Assembly (NCBI RefSeq): GCF_009914755.1
Contig: NC_060929.1
Length of the DNA stretch: 64,000 nt
Strand: one strand, 5' to 3'
Origin: the human T2T-CHM13v2.0 reference genome, Homo sapiens
The translations under genes and the position numbers were made by a program. The notes under the pieces are model-generated. The model worked only from the letters and a program-made list of their open reading frames with translations, did not search any database and had not been told where the DNA came from. Of this stretch, positions 33,516-46,447 are shown in pieces. Each line of letters opens with the position of its first letter. Within the stretch, counting starts at the first letter, position 1.

Positions 33516-34380
33516 TCTTAGCTTCTGAATATCTACCAAAAGTTAGAAGTTTTGAACTTTGTTCTTAAATCCCTTTATTCAAGCTTACCCTACCATAAAC
33601 ATCAGTTTTGTCTTGGTTGGTTATGAAACCTTATCAGTGAGTGAAATTCCAAAAATTAATAAATACGTGTTGTTAAGGTCCTGGAATGTATTTTCCTTTA
33701 AAAATAGACCCATAAACAGTGATACTGATCAAGCATAGTATAATAGAATTTGCCTGAATTCTGTCCTCCCAAAACAGGATACCAGAAATTGAGCAAGAAG
33801 TAATTCCCTTTCTCTCTTCCATTTAAATTTTGAAATAGACAAGTTAATCTTCAAAATTTTTGCTCTCATTCTTCATTCCTTGTTTTGATATCCTATTCAA
33901 TCTTTCACCACCAAAGGGTGAAATCCCTTGTATCTCTTTTGTTCATCACCATCTAGGTATACAGGAAAACACACACGTGTGTGCACTTGTGCAAATCTGC
34001 TTTCTTTCCAGTACCTTTCATCTGCCAGATGTCAACTGGAAAACATTCCAATTGAAGGATGTCATGCTATTGTATAAATGAATTCTCCTGGAAAGGATTG
34101 CCTTTCCTAAAGAAAATATTTATTAGTGCCAAATAATTCAAATGGTATAACAAAGTGAAGTGAAAAAATCAGTATGTGTTGTGGTAGCTGCTTGGATAGG
34201 GGTACCATCTTGTCTGGGAGTGTATACCTATGCTAGTTTCCTCCTTTTTATTTTTTGCCTTCATTCTTCTGAATTTACATATTTCCTAAAAATTTCCAAA
34301 TTGCTTTTCAGGAAGATTTTCAAGGCATTGGGAAGGTTATGAAGCCAGAGGGAGTGAAAACAGAATAGTAATTTATAAAT

Positions 34381-34514
34381 AAAGTTACCATACATCCAGA
34401 TTTGCCTGAGATTTCCCCAGCTCACGCTTGTTGTCTTGGCAGATTGTTAGTTAATAGCTTCATCTTTCATTCTCAAAAATGTCTCTGTTTGGATGATAAA
34501 TTATATGATCTCCT
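34381..34514 (-). mobile_element. MER94-like hAT MITE
   Basis: tttggatgataaattatatgatc end and gcttgttgtcttggc core. Confidence 0.6.
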
Positions 34515-34726
34515 TGCATATAAACCACAAGTTTCTAAAGAGGATAATATAGTAATTCATAAATAAGTTTGTAAAGGCCAGGAAGTGAACCTTTCCTTTT
34601 GACTCTGTGGCTCTCAGTACCTGAGTAAAAGCCTTGTTTATAAGTGTCATGAACTAGTGATATATAAGCATGTTTAGATCTTTTTTGTGGAATAACTTGA
34701 AATTTGCATTAAGCCGATAAGTGCTC

Positions 34727-34964
34727 CAGTAGTGTAACTATAGTGAACAATAATTTATTGTATATTTTAAAATCACTAAACAAGTAGAATTGGAATGCTC
34801 CTAACACAAATGGCAAATGCTTGAGGTAATGGATACCCCAATTACCCTGATGTTTATTACACACTGTATGCCTTTATCAAAACATCAAATGAACCCCATA
34901 AACATATATATATATATACCTGTGATGTACCCATAATAATTGCAAATCTAGAAATTTTTTAAAA
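34727..34964 (+). mobile_element. L1MA 3' end
   Basis: aacaataatttattgtatatttt...atgcttgaggtaatggataccccaattaccctga; flanking gataagt(g/t)ctc repeats. Confidence 0.75.
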
Positions 34965-37900
34965 GATAAGTTCTCATTGATGTATTTTCAAATTGTCCAA
35001 AATAAAAACGGGGAATTATCTAAACTTTCAAGCTTTATCTGTGTATATGGATTTCTAAATTGTTTTGTGTAATTACTTATTATTCAACCTTTTTCCTACT
35101 GTTGAGTACACATATGAAGCAGCAGATGGCATTCTTTCCCTGCAATTGTTATGTCTTCCTGTATGGTATGTTACTGTAATAACAGTTACTGTTAAATTGA
35201 GTAGGAAAACACTTGAATAAGGAAATAGAAAAACATTTCATGATAGTATCTTCAATGGACTACTACAACTTTAAGTGCAATCCAATGTTAAAATAATGTA
35301 CTAGCTGCTGTTTCATGGTACTTGGATATATTCTGATTACTGGCAACTTGTATGTTTGTATTTGATACACAATTTGGGGGAAAAGTGTTTAGAAAGTTCA
35401 TCCTAAACAAATTGTTTCATACATAGAATTTTCACTTTGGTGAAAAATAGGTAGCAGCTTTAATACCTTTTAAACACTAAACATTGAAACATTTTAAATA
35501 TTTCAGCATGCCAAATATATCATGTAGATTATAGGGGAAAGGCACCTGTGACCTTTAAGATTATATGTTGAAGCTTGATTGTTACAGAATAATGCTTAGT
35601 GACTTTAGGGATTTTTTTCTGTTAAGTGTTTTAAAGCTTTTCAGACTATTTCTGGGCTGCTTTTTGACTACCATATACTGAATAAATATATCATAATCAG
35701 TTTTTGTAATAGATAACAATTTGACCTAGTTAGGTTTTCCTTCTTGGTGAGTGGTTAGTGCTTATATTTCAAGTTAATGTACATACTGCTAGATAGTTTT
35801 ATTGTTCAGGGATTTGTTATTTTAATAGTCATGTCATATGCTCAATACATATATAATACATTAGTATTCAGATAGGCCTTTTTAAAAAAAAAATAATTTC
35901 TCTATACCGCTTCCCACTTTTTTATCCTACATGGTAATATATATTAACTGTTTTTAAAAACACACATTTTATACCTGCTTAACAGAAAGTTGAGCAAATA
36001 ATTAGACTAAAGGCCTAATTATTTTATTTAAAAACGTCTTTGCTGTATAAATAGATTTGCCAAATTCTACTTTTGAGAATGAATTCCATAAGTGCATTTA
36101 AGTGTTGGTGCAAGAGCATTAAGCACTAGACGAGGATGTTTGGGGCAGAAAAATCTAGTTAAAATCTTTGCAGCCACTGGTAATTAAAATTATGGTGTAA
36201 GTTAGAGAAATACAGGAAGTAAATTGGAAAAATATGGGCTTAGTTTTTTTTTAATAAGCTGACTTTTACTATTTATTTATCATACCAAATATACCATTAT
36301 TTGACATCAAATCTTGTGAGAATTATATTTTGTTATGTAATTATATATACATTAAACACTTACTCTCTCCCTTGTGCTATGCTAGATCCTGGAAGAATTC
36401 AAAGATGATGATTTTTTGTGATTACTTAATAAAATATATGCTTACCCACAGAATATTTTTACTCTATTTTTTCCTCTCTTTTTTTCTACTTACTTTTAAT
36501 GATTATAAATTCTCAATCATTATAAAATTCGGTATCTGTGGATAAATGCACAAAGTAAAACTCCACGTGCATTCTGATGTGAATGGCACTTTTTGGATTG
36601 TTCTCGAGTAATTATAGTTTGATGATTGATTTTTTTTTTTTAAGTAAGGGAGAGGGTGATAATTTCATCTGGTAGAGAAAAGTTTTCTGTATTCCACCTA
36701 TCTTTTAGTGTTTGATTTTTTTTTTTGGTGATTCTAGGAATAAGAATAATAAATGAAATACCATGTAGTATGTGACTAAATACCCAAATACCAAGTAGAT
36801 GTACTTTGAAGAGTTGTCAGCACTAAAGAAGACTTTCAATTTGAAAGAGGTTTTAGTTACTAAATTTTACGACTTGAAAACCCAGTCCCTCCATCAGTCT
36901 GTAATTTTTTTTAATAGTCATTGGATCTTGTGGAAATCATCAACAAGGCAATCTTCGTCCACAAATCAGAAGGCTAGGGCCACAAATATGCATATTTTCC
37001 CTGATAAAAGATTTTCATAATTAAAATTTTATGTCTACAGTTCATTATATATGTATTATACATACATGATCTTTGCACTTATGTGATAGTTCTTGCTTCT
37101 GGAATAAGGATGGATGTTGTTGAACATTCAGAGACTCTGCCAGATACCTCTTACTGTTTATTATTTTTGTACCAAATTAAATATGCCATTATTTGACTGG
37201 AAAAAAATTAGCCAGGCATGGTGGCAATGCACCTATAGTCCTAGCTACTGGCAACCAGTTTGTAAGATGAAGATGGGAAGCCTTCCTTACCGGAGTCTTG
37301 GGTAGAATTTGCTATCTTAAAAATATTCAAGTTGCTTAAAGTAAGATCATGTGTGAATACACGTCAGTAACTTTGGTATTTCAGTAATAAAGTCATAGGC
37401 AAACCCTCTACTAAGTTTTTACTAGAAATATGTTCACCTGTAATGGTGGTGCTAAAATTATTATTTGTCAAAAATAGTTGTCAGTGAGAATCTCATACTA
37501 CATACTTGGAAGTATTTTCTAATGCTTATAATTGACTTAAGTATCTTGCTTGAAGGGAATCAGGATGAGATATAATCTATCCTACTTGTGCTGCAGAAAC
37601 GCTGAAGCTATTCAGTCTGTGTAAATAATCCATCCCACATCTTTGCTTCCTCTTCAGTGAATGCTTAACATCCATATATTATGATGGCTTGAGTATCATT
37701 TGGAAACATAAGTCATAATAGCTACAAGTTTGTAATCGAAATATTGCGAAAAGAATTTTAGGTTTCAAGATAGTGATCCTTTAATGTCAAATGTTTCCTG
37801 CAAAACTGAATGAGGAATATTGTGGATTATTTAATTTTTAATCATTTATTTCATGATTATTTAAAAGTTCCCTATATTAATTAATCACTTCTATACTAAT

Positions 37901-40900
37901 ATGTTATACTGTTTTGGTAGGATAAGTGTAAGAAGATAATCATTGGATATTATTCCCAAGGCAAATTAGTATTTGGAGAATAGATACGTTTAGCCTGAGA
38001 GCTTGGTATTAAGTAGTTTAAACATCTTAATAATGTATTGGAGTATGTGTGTTTTTATATTTTTTCCTCAGATGTATACTGGTCTTTGCTAACTCATGTT
38101 CTTATCTAATATCCAGGAAGGAAAGTTAAGAAGTTAGGCTTACTGAAAAATATATATGACTGTTAAGCCAGAATTTCAGACTATCAACTTTCATGTATAC
38201 AGTATGATTACAAAGATGTAAAACAAACAATGAAAGCTAAAGTATTAGCAAAAGGACAGAGGAAATATGACAAAATATTTATTGTCTTTAGTACTAAAAC
38301 AATGAGCATGTATTTTCTTGTTTTTTATATTTTCACATTTTCCCTACTTGTTATATACATTTGGGAAAATCAGCAAAGTCCAAGTTAAAGTGCTTAACTA
38401 TAATTGTCTAAGTTTGAATGGTATTGCCATTGTTCAGATGATACTTTTAAGCAACAATTTAATTCATAGCATAGTTTGCAATTTATTGAATAAAAATTTA
38501 AAAATATGGTATCAATAATTATTCTCCAATTATACTATATTGTCTTATAACTTTAGATTCTACTACACATAAATGAATGCAATGTGTATTTATTAGATTC
38601 CCACTGATTTCAGCGAAAGTTGTGGCTTACTATATTTCTGCTTATTTTATCAAAGTAGCTACCTCTTGGTTATGTAATGTTAAGCGTCTTGCCAGCATGT
38701 GACAGTAAACCAGATAAATATAAACTTTAGTAGTGTGGAATATAATAGTTTATTTTTATATTCCATCTGGTACATTTATTTTTTTCCTTCCTCTGAAAAG
38801 GCCAACAAATTTTTTCAGTTTAAACAAAGGATAAATGAGCATTCTGAATAAGGCTTCTTTAGTGTCCTAATGATTAATGATCACTGAACACTTTTGAAAG
38901 ATTAGCATTTTTCAGGGCTGGTAAAAAAATATACTGTTTTATTTAATTATAAGAAAGTAAAGGCGCTTCACACTGACAGGTGGTGGAAATTAGCAGGCAG
39001 TTTTGAAATTGTGCTGTGCACGAGAAATTAGATCTCATTTTAATTCTGCTTTTCTCAACTAGCAAATGAGGTTAATGCCATACATATTCAGCTGATATGG
39101 ATGAAGAAATTGATATAAAGTAGATCAACATAGCTACAGGGCTAGATTAATTTATAGGTAAAGAGGCAGTGATAAATGAAAGTAATGTAGTAGTGGTCAC
39201 TAAACTCCTCTGCCATGAGGGATACAATAGCGTTAGTTGCTCATTAAAGGCATTGTCGGGGTGCATCAAATAGGAATTTGAAAAGGAATAGCCAACTAAC
39301 CCCTAATTATCAAAATACAGAAAATACTAATTATGCCTTAATTAGCTTTTCTTTTAATGTACTGAAATTTGTTACTTTTTGTGTGGCACAAATGGATAGT
39401 TATATCAACAATAAATAGGTTGTTTTAATAACTTTCTTTTACCTCTGGGAAAACTACACTCCAATTTTTAATATGCAATAATGCTTCTCTCTAGCCTGTA
39501 GGAGATGAAAATTATTAAGTAGCTTTATTTTTTTGAAGATTTTACAGCAGCTTTGGGAAGAATTATTTCACCATGCATCAATTATTTTTAATTGAACTGA
39601 ATATTTTTCAGATTGTACCAAATGCCTCTCATTTAAGTTTATCAGTTAGGATTTAAGAAAACATCATAATGAGAACTGCATATAGTCTCTGTTATTTGTT
39701 ATAATAAGACAATGATGATTATTTATTTTGAATTTTTAAAAAGCAACCCAATTGTTGCTTGTAAAGGTAGTCACCGTATTCGGGTAGTCAGGATGGAGAA
39801 TTAGAGGCTATATATTCTAGAAACTTGGCTTGTGATTCCTTTTCTTTCCTCAAATAAGGTAGTTATCAACAATCCAGTTAAGAAAGGGTTCATCTGTTCA
39901 GAATAAAGATGCGGGAAGCAGCTTGGCCTTTTCATCAGATAGATCTCCAGCCAGCTCTGGGCTTCAACTAGCTCTCACTACCCCTGGGAAATCTCATTAC
40001 TTTTTCTGCGTATCAGTTTCCTAACCTGTCAACAGAAGTGATACCTTTTACAGAAATTTGGGATGATTAAGTAAAATATGGCAAATACCAAGCACAGAAT
40101 TTAGTACAGTACAGATGTTCAAAAAAACATAGCTGGTGTTATTGGTAAGAATAAGAAGAACTATTTTTAAAATTTTACCACTATTTAAATTTAATGGGAA
40201 AATTCTCTTTGAAAGAATTATGTGTAATCTTTAGAACATCTAATGTAATTCTAAATTTGTGTTGGAAACCAACCAATTTATCACAGATTGATTTTTGGAG
40301 AAGAATTTGGAAACAGTTGGTCTTTGGGGCATGTATTTATGGTGATTATACATGTTGTTTCCTAATACCAGGCAGAACTTGGAATTAAAACCAGACAGTT
40401 TGATTCTAAAGTCAAGACTCTAGAAAAAGACAAAAGTGTGACTTCTGGCCTGATGAAATCTGTAATGAGTTCAAAAGCTCTGCTTCTCCCCTCAGTTGCT
40501 TTTGATGCTTGTGTTGCATTTGTGTTTCCATCCATTCCTCCTCTTTTGCTCTCCTCTGCTATCCTTTTCGGGGGTAGTAGTCATGAAATAAACTGGCTAT
40601 TAACTCTATCTGTGACACTAATTCTCTCTTTTGTTTTCCTTGCCAGTAAAATAAAATAATAATATTCATTGCTCTTTTTGGTAATTGAATCAGTGTAATC
40701 AGTGTGTTATGCCAACATCCCTTCATTAGTTATGTTGCCTCTTTTGTCAGAAAATAATTTGAATAGGAAAGAGGAGAGAGCAGGAAAGACATTTCATAAT
40801 TAATCAAGATATGAATACTGTACTACCTTAAAAAATAAGCATTGCCCAGTCTACTTAACAGAATTATGAATGCTAAATAAATATACTGTATGTGAAAGTA

Positions 40901-41151
40901 AGTTGTAAACTATAAAGCATTGTGCATATCTCCATGGTACATGTCAAATCAGCATACTACCTTTCACCTGCTTACAAACTGACCAAAAAGAAAATTAAAG
41001 TGGTGATTCTGAAGAGAAGGAAAATGAATGGGTTTGTTTCTGTGGAGGGTATAGGAGAGTGGGAGAGAATGTCAGAGAGGAAGAAAGGAGGTAAGATTTT
41101 TATGTATATCAAAGGGGATGGGGTTTTAAAAGGTTAGAAATGTTGAATTAG

Positions 41152-41320
41152 AGTAGTGGCCTCAAACTGAGGTCCCAGATTAGCAGTGTCAGTCCACCTG
41201 GAAACGTTAAAAATGCAAATTCTCGAGCCCTGCTCCACATCTTCTGAATTAGAAGCTCTGAGGTAGGCCCAGCAAGCCCTTCACGTAATTCTGATGCTCA
41301 CAAAAATTTGAGAACTACTG
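41152..41320. mobile_element. MER5A
   Basis: aaatgcaaattctcgagccc...aattctgatgc...tttgagaactactg. Confidence 0.75.
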
Positions 41321-41819
41321 AATTGTTATTTGAAGGCAGATGCTCTGCCTTGTTTCTTTTTTATCATCACAAGGAACTAGGTTTGTTTGTTTGGTAATAT
41401 CCCCTGCCCCTTTTTAACCTGACTGCCAGATCCTTTCTTTTATCTTACTTAACCTGTGATCTAGAGAAGGGAAGGGGGAAAAAGCCACTTGTCCATTATA
41501 TGTTAAACATTGTGCTAAAATACTCTAGGGGAAGTTATAAGTCAATAGGATCTGTGTTCTCCTGTTCCAATAACTAAAATTTGTATGGTTATACACAGTT
41601 TTTATTTAAATTGTTTTAAATTTTCTCCTAATGACTTTTCAGAAAACTGCAATCAGACCAATGCCTTAGTTCTCAAATGTAACTATTCCCTGTTCCTGGC
41701 ATTTTACATGTATTATATTGCTGGTTATCTGTAGACTGTAACTTTCTAAAATACATATTTTTAAAGAAAAGTACTTGAGACACTGTACCAAGATTAGGTC
41801 AGCAGTCACACTTTGTTTC

Positions 41820-42030
41820 TAGGATTTTGGCTTCAGAATCAGATTGTTTGGATTTAACTGCCAGTTCTGTCTTAGACAAATATGTAATATCTCTAAGCCA
41901 TTCTTTCTTCATCTAGACAATGAGAATAATGGTACCTATGTTTTAGGAAAGTTTTGACATTAAATGAGAGTGTATATGAAATAGTTGGCACAGTGCCTGA
42001 CATGTAAGTGCTTAATAAATATTAACTGTT
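41820..42030. mobile_element. MIR (further MIR-like pieces at about 39920-40120 and 57480-57780)
   Basis: MIR core and 3' motif gcacagtgcctgacatgtaagtgcttaataaat. Confidence 0.7.
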
Positions 42031-44227
42031 GTAATGATGATGATAATGATGACCATTGCATGGCTGTCACTTTTCTGGTTCAATTTAACCAATATACACT
42101 GTTTTTAGAGTTACAAAATGTTAGAGCCCTGAAGAGGCTACAGATGTAGTTTAAATGAGCACTCTCCCAGCTGTTTTCTACATATCACAAGACTCTTGCA
42201 AACAGAATTTAACAAGTTAACAGCAATTATTTTAAAAAAGGATTTTTTTTCCAAAATAAACTTGGAAAAGCCAGTCTATTGTATCTCTCTTGGAAATTTA
42301 TAATGCATATTGGCATGTTAAACGCTTTAAGGAGCTCCTACCTTAAACGATCCTTAGCAGCTATCAAAATTACTTAACCATAGAAACCTTTTCTGTGGGA
42401 AATACCTACTTATGTTTTGCAAAATACAGTCTGGGAAATGCTATCTAGACCAGGCACTTTCTTTTATTAAGAAGCATCTCCCCCACCCCACTCCATAGAA
42501 ATTGATGACTTGCCTTAGGTCATACAGCTGTAGACTCAGTTTGGAACTCAAAGCTTTTCCTAGTCTTGTTTCACCTGTTTATCTAATCAAGTTCGGATAT
42601 AGAAAGGAAAATTATTTGAATTGGTAGAAAATTAGAGGTGGTTCTATTATGTAGAAGGAAAGAGGAATGAAAGATAATTCTAATATAGTGCTGCTTATTT
42701 TTGCCTGATTGTAGGAGAATCCAAGATACTTGTTTAAAACACAGATTCTTAGACTTCTGTAAATTTTAATTTGTAGGGATGAGGTAAGATTATCATTGCT
42801 GGATCATACGTGAAAAGGTCCAAGATTTTCAGAGTTTGATCTTTATAAATTGTGTCTTATGATTCTGAGTAACTAGATAATTGGTGTTAACTTTCTGTAT
42901 TGGGAGAAAGATGATTAAATATGGACCAGATTCTATCCCAAGAAATGCTGATAAACCTCATTTCATGTACATTTAGATCTTAAAGAATTTGGTTTACTTG
43001 CTTATTTGTTGTCTTTCTTTTCAATACCCTCTAGTAGATAGTGCCTAATGCAATTATAGAAATCTGTCTATTAAGGTAGCTGTAAGGTCATTTAGAGCTA
43101 TACATTTTAATCAGCCTAACAAATTATCAACGAGTTTAAGCTCTCTTTTCATAAATGACTCATTATATTCACTTTTTACTTTTTGACCATGACGTTGTTG
43201 GATTTATTCTAAAGGGATAGTATACCTATAATTTAAACTTAAATCTAGATCTTATGTCAGAAAACATCTAAGAATTTGTAACTGGTAAATGTTGATAATA
43301 TTTAGAATAATAACATTGCCTTTATAACTGATACCTATTCAAGGCCTATAAAGACAGTAAGAATTCCCTATGAAATGAGAATTAGTTCTGGTGTATATTC
43401 AGATGTCTGCTTTCAAATATTCCTAGTTAAATCAGCCAGTTGAAGAAAGTCAAACTGTATATTGCATTAATTAAATTATTAAGATTTTTATGATCTTACG
43501 TGGTGATTTTATGTGTTACAGTTGAAACATTTCCGAGACATGTTGTATGCATATCTTTTCTTTAAGATCTTGACATTTATGGCCAAGCTACGTACCCATT
43601 TTTGCATTTACCATGTTGTCTTTTACAAGGTGTCAATTAGCATGTATTTTCTATGTATTAGGTTAAAGATGGGTTTGTGTGGTTTTTACTTTCAAAGTAA
43701 ATTGTTCTCCAATTTATTTTGTAACCTACTTTTATTTTGTAACCTACTTTTCTTTCCTGTTTTGACTTCAGAGAAACCAAACCAAATAAAATTATAGTAT
43801 GAAGGTCCTTAAAAATATTCCTATCTGTTGACACAGTGTTTCATGTCTGGAAGTGCAGTCTGAATAAATAATTTGAAATACAGACAAAGCTTTGTATACC
43901 AAGGTATTAATCCCAGTGATATTTGATAGAGTCGATGGTTGATTAAATAGGTTGTACAGCCATATGATGAAATATGAGGCAGATAATGAAACTTGTTTAC
44001 TGAATGTAAAAAGTTTTGTTCTTTACCCCATTGTACTCCCTCTTTCTAGGCATAACCACTGTATCACTCTAGACATTTTCCTTTATGAAAAATGTTTTAC
44101 ATGATTGATGTTTTGCATATAATCTTACATTTAAAAGGGAGGGGGTGAACAAATTATAAACATATAAATGTTTTTAAACATCACTAAAACGATTGGAAGA
44201 AAATACATTTAAATGTTAATGCTGTTC

Positions 44228-44389
44228 ACAGTAGCATGTGCCTTGTAGTTCCAGATACTTGGGGAACTGATGCAGGAGGATCCCATGGGGCCAGGATTTT
44301 CAGGCTGCAGTGTGCTATGATCACACCTGAGAATAGCCACTGCACTTCAGCCTGGCAACATAGGAGAAATTGTCTCTTAAAAAAAAAAA
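44228..44389 (+). mobile_element. Old Alu right-arm monomer (FRAM/AluJ fragment)
   Basis: tgtagttccagatacttggg...ggctgcagtg...cactgcacttcagcctgg plus poly(A). Confidence 0.75.
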
Positions 44390-45289
44390 GTTATTGCTCA
44401 TCTCAGGGCCTGTTATATACCTTCAGTTACCCTCCATAGCCCCTCAAATAATTTTATTTTTAAGAAAAGCTCATGGAAAAATGATAATCTTTCTACATCA
44501 AAAGGGCTAGAAATCTAAAAGTCTGAGAAAGAGAATGCTTGAGGGACCCTCTCCTTCCTCACGGTTATTAAGTGTTAGTTAAAGCTGTTTTTTTCCCTAA
44601 AAAGCAAGGCAATGAATGAAAAGATAAGGATAATAGTAGACAATAATGTCAATGAAATAAAATGAGGAATGGAAAATTTTTTAATGGAAATTTGACTTGG
44701 AGTGATTGTCATAATACCTGTAATGGAGTTCAGAGGAAGCAAAAATAGTCTTCATGAGATTGGTTGTCTTGATCATTTGAAATTGGGATTTGTTTTATCC
44801 GTACTGTGTAAAATAGCTTTTCAGCCACTATACTAGGTGAATATGAAGAAAGTTTTCTGTTCTGGAGCATTCTGATTTCATAGTTATGCCAAAAAGTTTT
44901 TGCAGATAAAAAGTCATGAAGACAGCATTCAGACCTAGGATGGTTGTACTCAAAAGCACTTGCCGTAGGTGTACATAATGTTTAGCATTTTACTTTCTGG
45001 GTAAGATGTACTGCTTCAGTTTGGAAATAAAAAATGTATCTTAGGTTACATTGTCATCATTACTACTTTTCCTTTTAGAAAAGAATAATTTATCTTTCTC
45101 AACTATATGAAAGGGATGAACATTTCTCTGTGTTCCTACTCATTTTGCATTAGTTTCTATAAAATTGAAGTGGATTGCTAGCAAAAGGGGGGGAACCCAA
45201 TTACAGTTAAGTCCCCAAAACTGCATTTTGACTCCAAATCTTCAGTGTGATGTGTCTAGAAAGGTGATTAAACACATAAGAATCCTGAA

Positions 45290-45658
45290 TGATACGGTTA
45301 AGCTTTGTGTCCCCACCCAAATCTCATTTTGAATCATAATCGTCATGTGTCAAAAGAGAGACCAGATGGAGGTAATTGGATCATGGGGGCAGTTTCCCCC
45401 CATGCTGTTCTCGTGATAGTGAGTGAGTTCTCACGAGATCTGATGGTTTTATGTGTTTGGTAGTTCCTGCTGCATTCATTCTCCCTCCTGCCGCCTTGTG
45501 AAGAACTTGCATTGTTTCCCCTTCGCCTTCTGCCGTGATTGTAAGTTTCTTGAGGCTTCCCCAGCCATGCAGAACTGGGAGTCAATTAAACCTCTCTCCT
45601 TTCTAAATTACCCAGTCTTGGGCTGTTCTTTATAGCAGTGTAAGAATGGACTAATACA
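45290..45658 (+). mobile_element. THE1D-like solo LTR
   Basis: tgatacggttaagctttgtgtccccacccaaatctca...gaatggactaataca. Confidence 0.85.
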
Positions 45659-46309
45659 CGGAGTGGAGGGCGGAGAGTTTGTTCAATCCAGCGTCCTGTA
45701 TCCCTCAGAGATTCATATGCAGTAAATCTGAGGTAGGACCCAGAAATCTGTATTTTAACAAGCACTTCTGGTAATTTTGAGATAGATGATCCCTCAACTA
45801 CTCTTGAAGAAACTGGTCCAAAAGTTCTTCCTCCCAGTCCACATAGTAAATGTACTACCAAGGTTTGAGAGATTTCTTTATAAGTCCTCTCAGAAAGTCT
45901 TTCTAGCATGCTTGACATAGGTTGCTGTTTGCCTATTTGGCTTAGTTAAATACTACATACCCATTCTTGTGTAATTCCAAACTGTTAGAAAAGCGTATAC
46001 TAATCCAGTATTTCTGTTTAAATTCAGTATGAACAGACTCACATCTATCATTAGGGAAATTCTGAAATCACTTGAGAAAAAAGTTTCCTTTATGTTGTGA
46101 ATGGAAAACAATACACAGTATTAAATAATATAATAAGATCTCAACTGTATGACAATAGGAGGAACAAAAGCACCATAAGGAAATGAACCAAAATGTTCAT
46201 TTTCTTTAGTTCTCATGACACAGAGAATTTATTTTCCTCTGCTTTTCTGTATTTTCCAGTATTATTTCTTATAAAAAGAAACATATTAATTTTAAAAATG
46301 CCCTTCTTT

Positions 46310-46447
46310 GGCCTGGTGCAGTGGCTCACACCTGTAATCCCAGCACTTTGGGAGGCTGAGGCGGGCGGATCACATGAGGCCAGGGATTTGAGACCAGCCT
46401 GGCTAACATGGAGAAACCCCATCTCTACTGGAGAAAAAAAAAAAAAA
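46310..46447 (+). mobile_element. Alu left-arm monomer (FLAM-like)
   Basis: Left arm only, then poly(A); degenerate aaaa..ccctt(c/t)tt direct repeats. Confidence 0.8.

Noticed and set aside
33221-33539. CV-rich ORFs (also 5192-5516)
   Set aside because: Translations of TG microsatellites or Alu.
43513-43797. 94-aa ORF as a further RANBP17 exon
   Set aside because: No XPO7/RANBP17-like sequence; composition is typical of a T-rich chance ORF.
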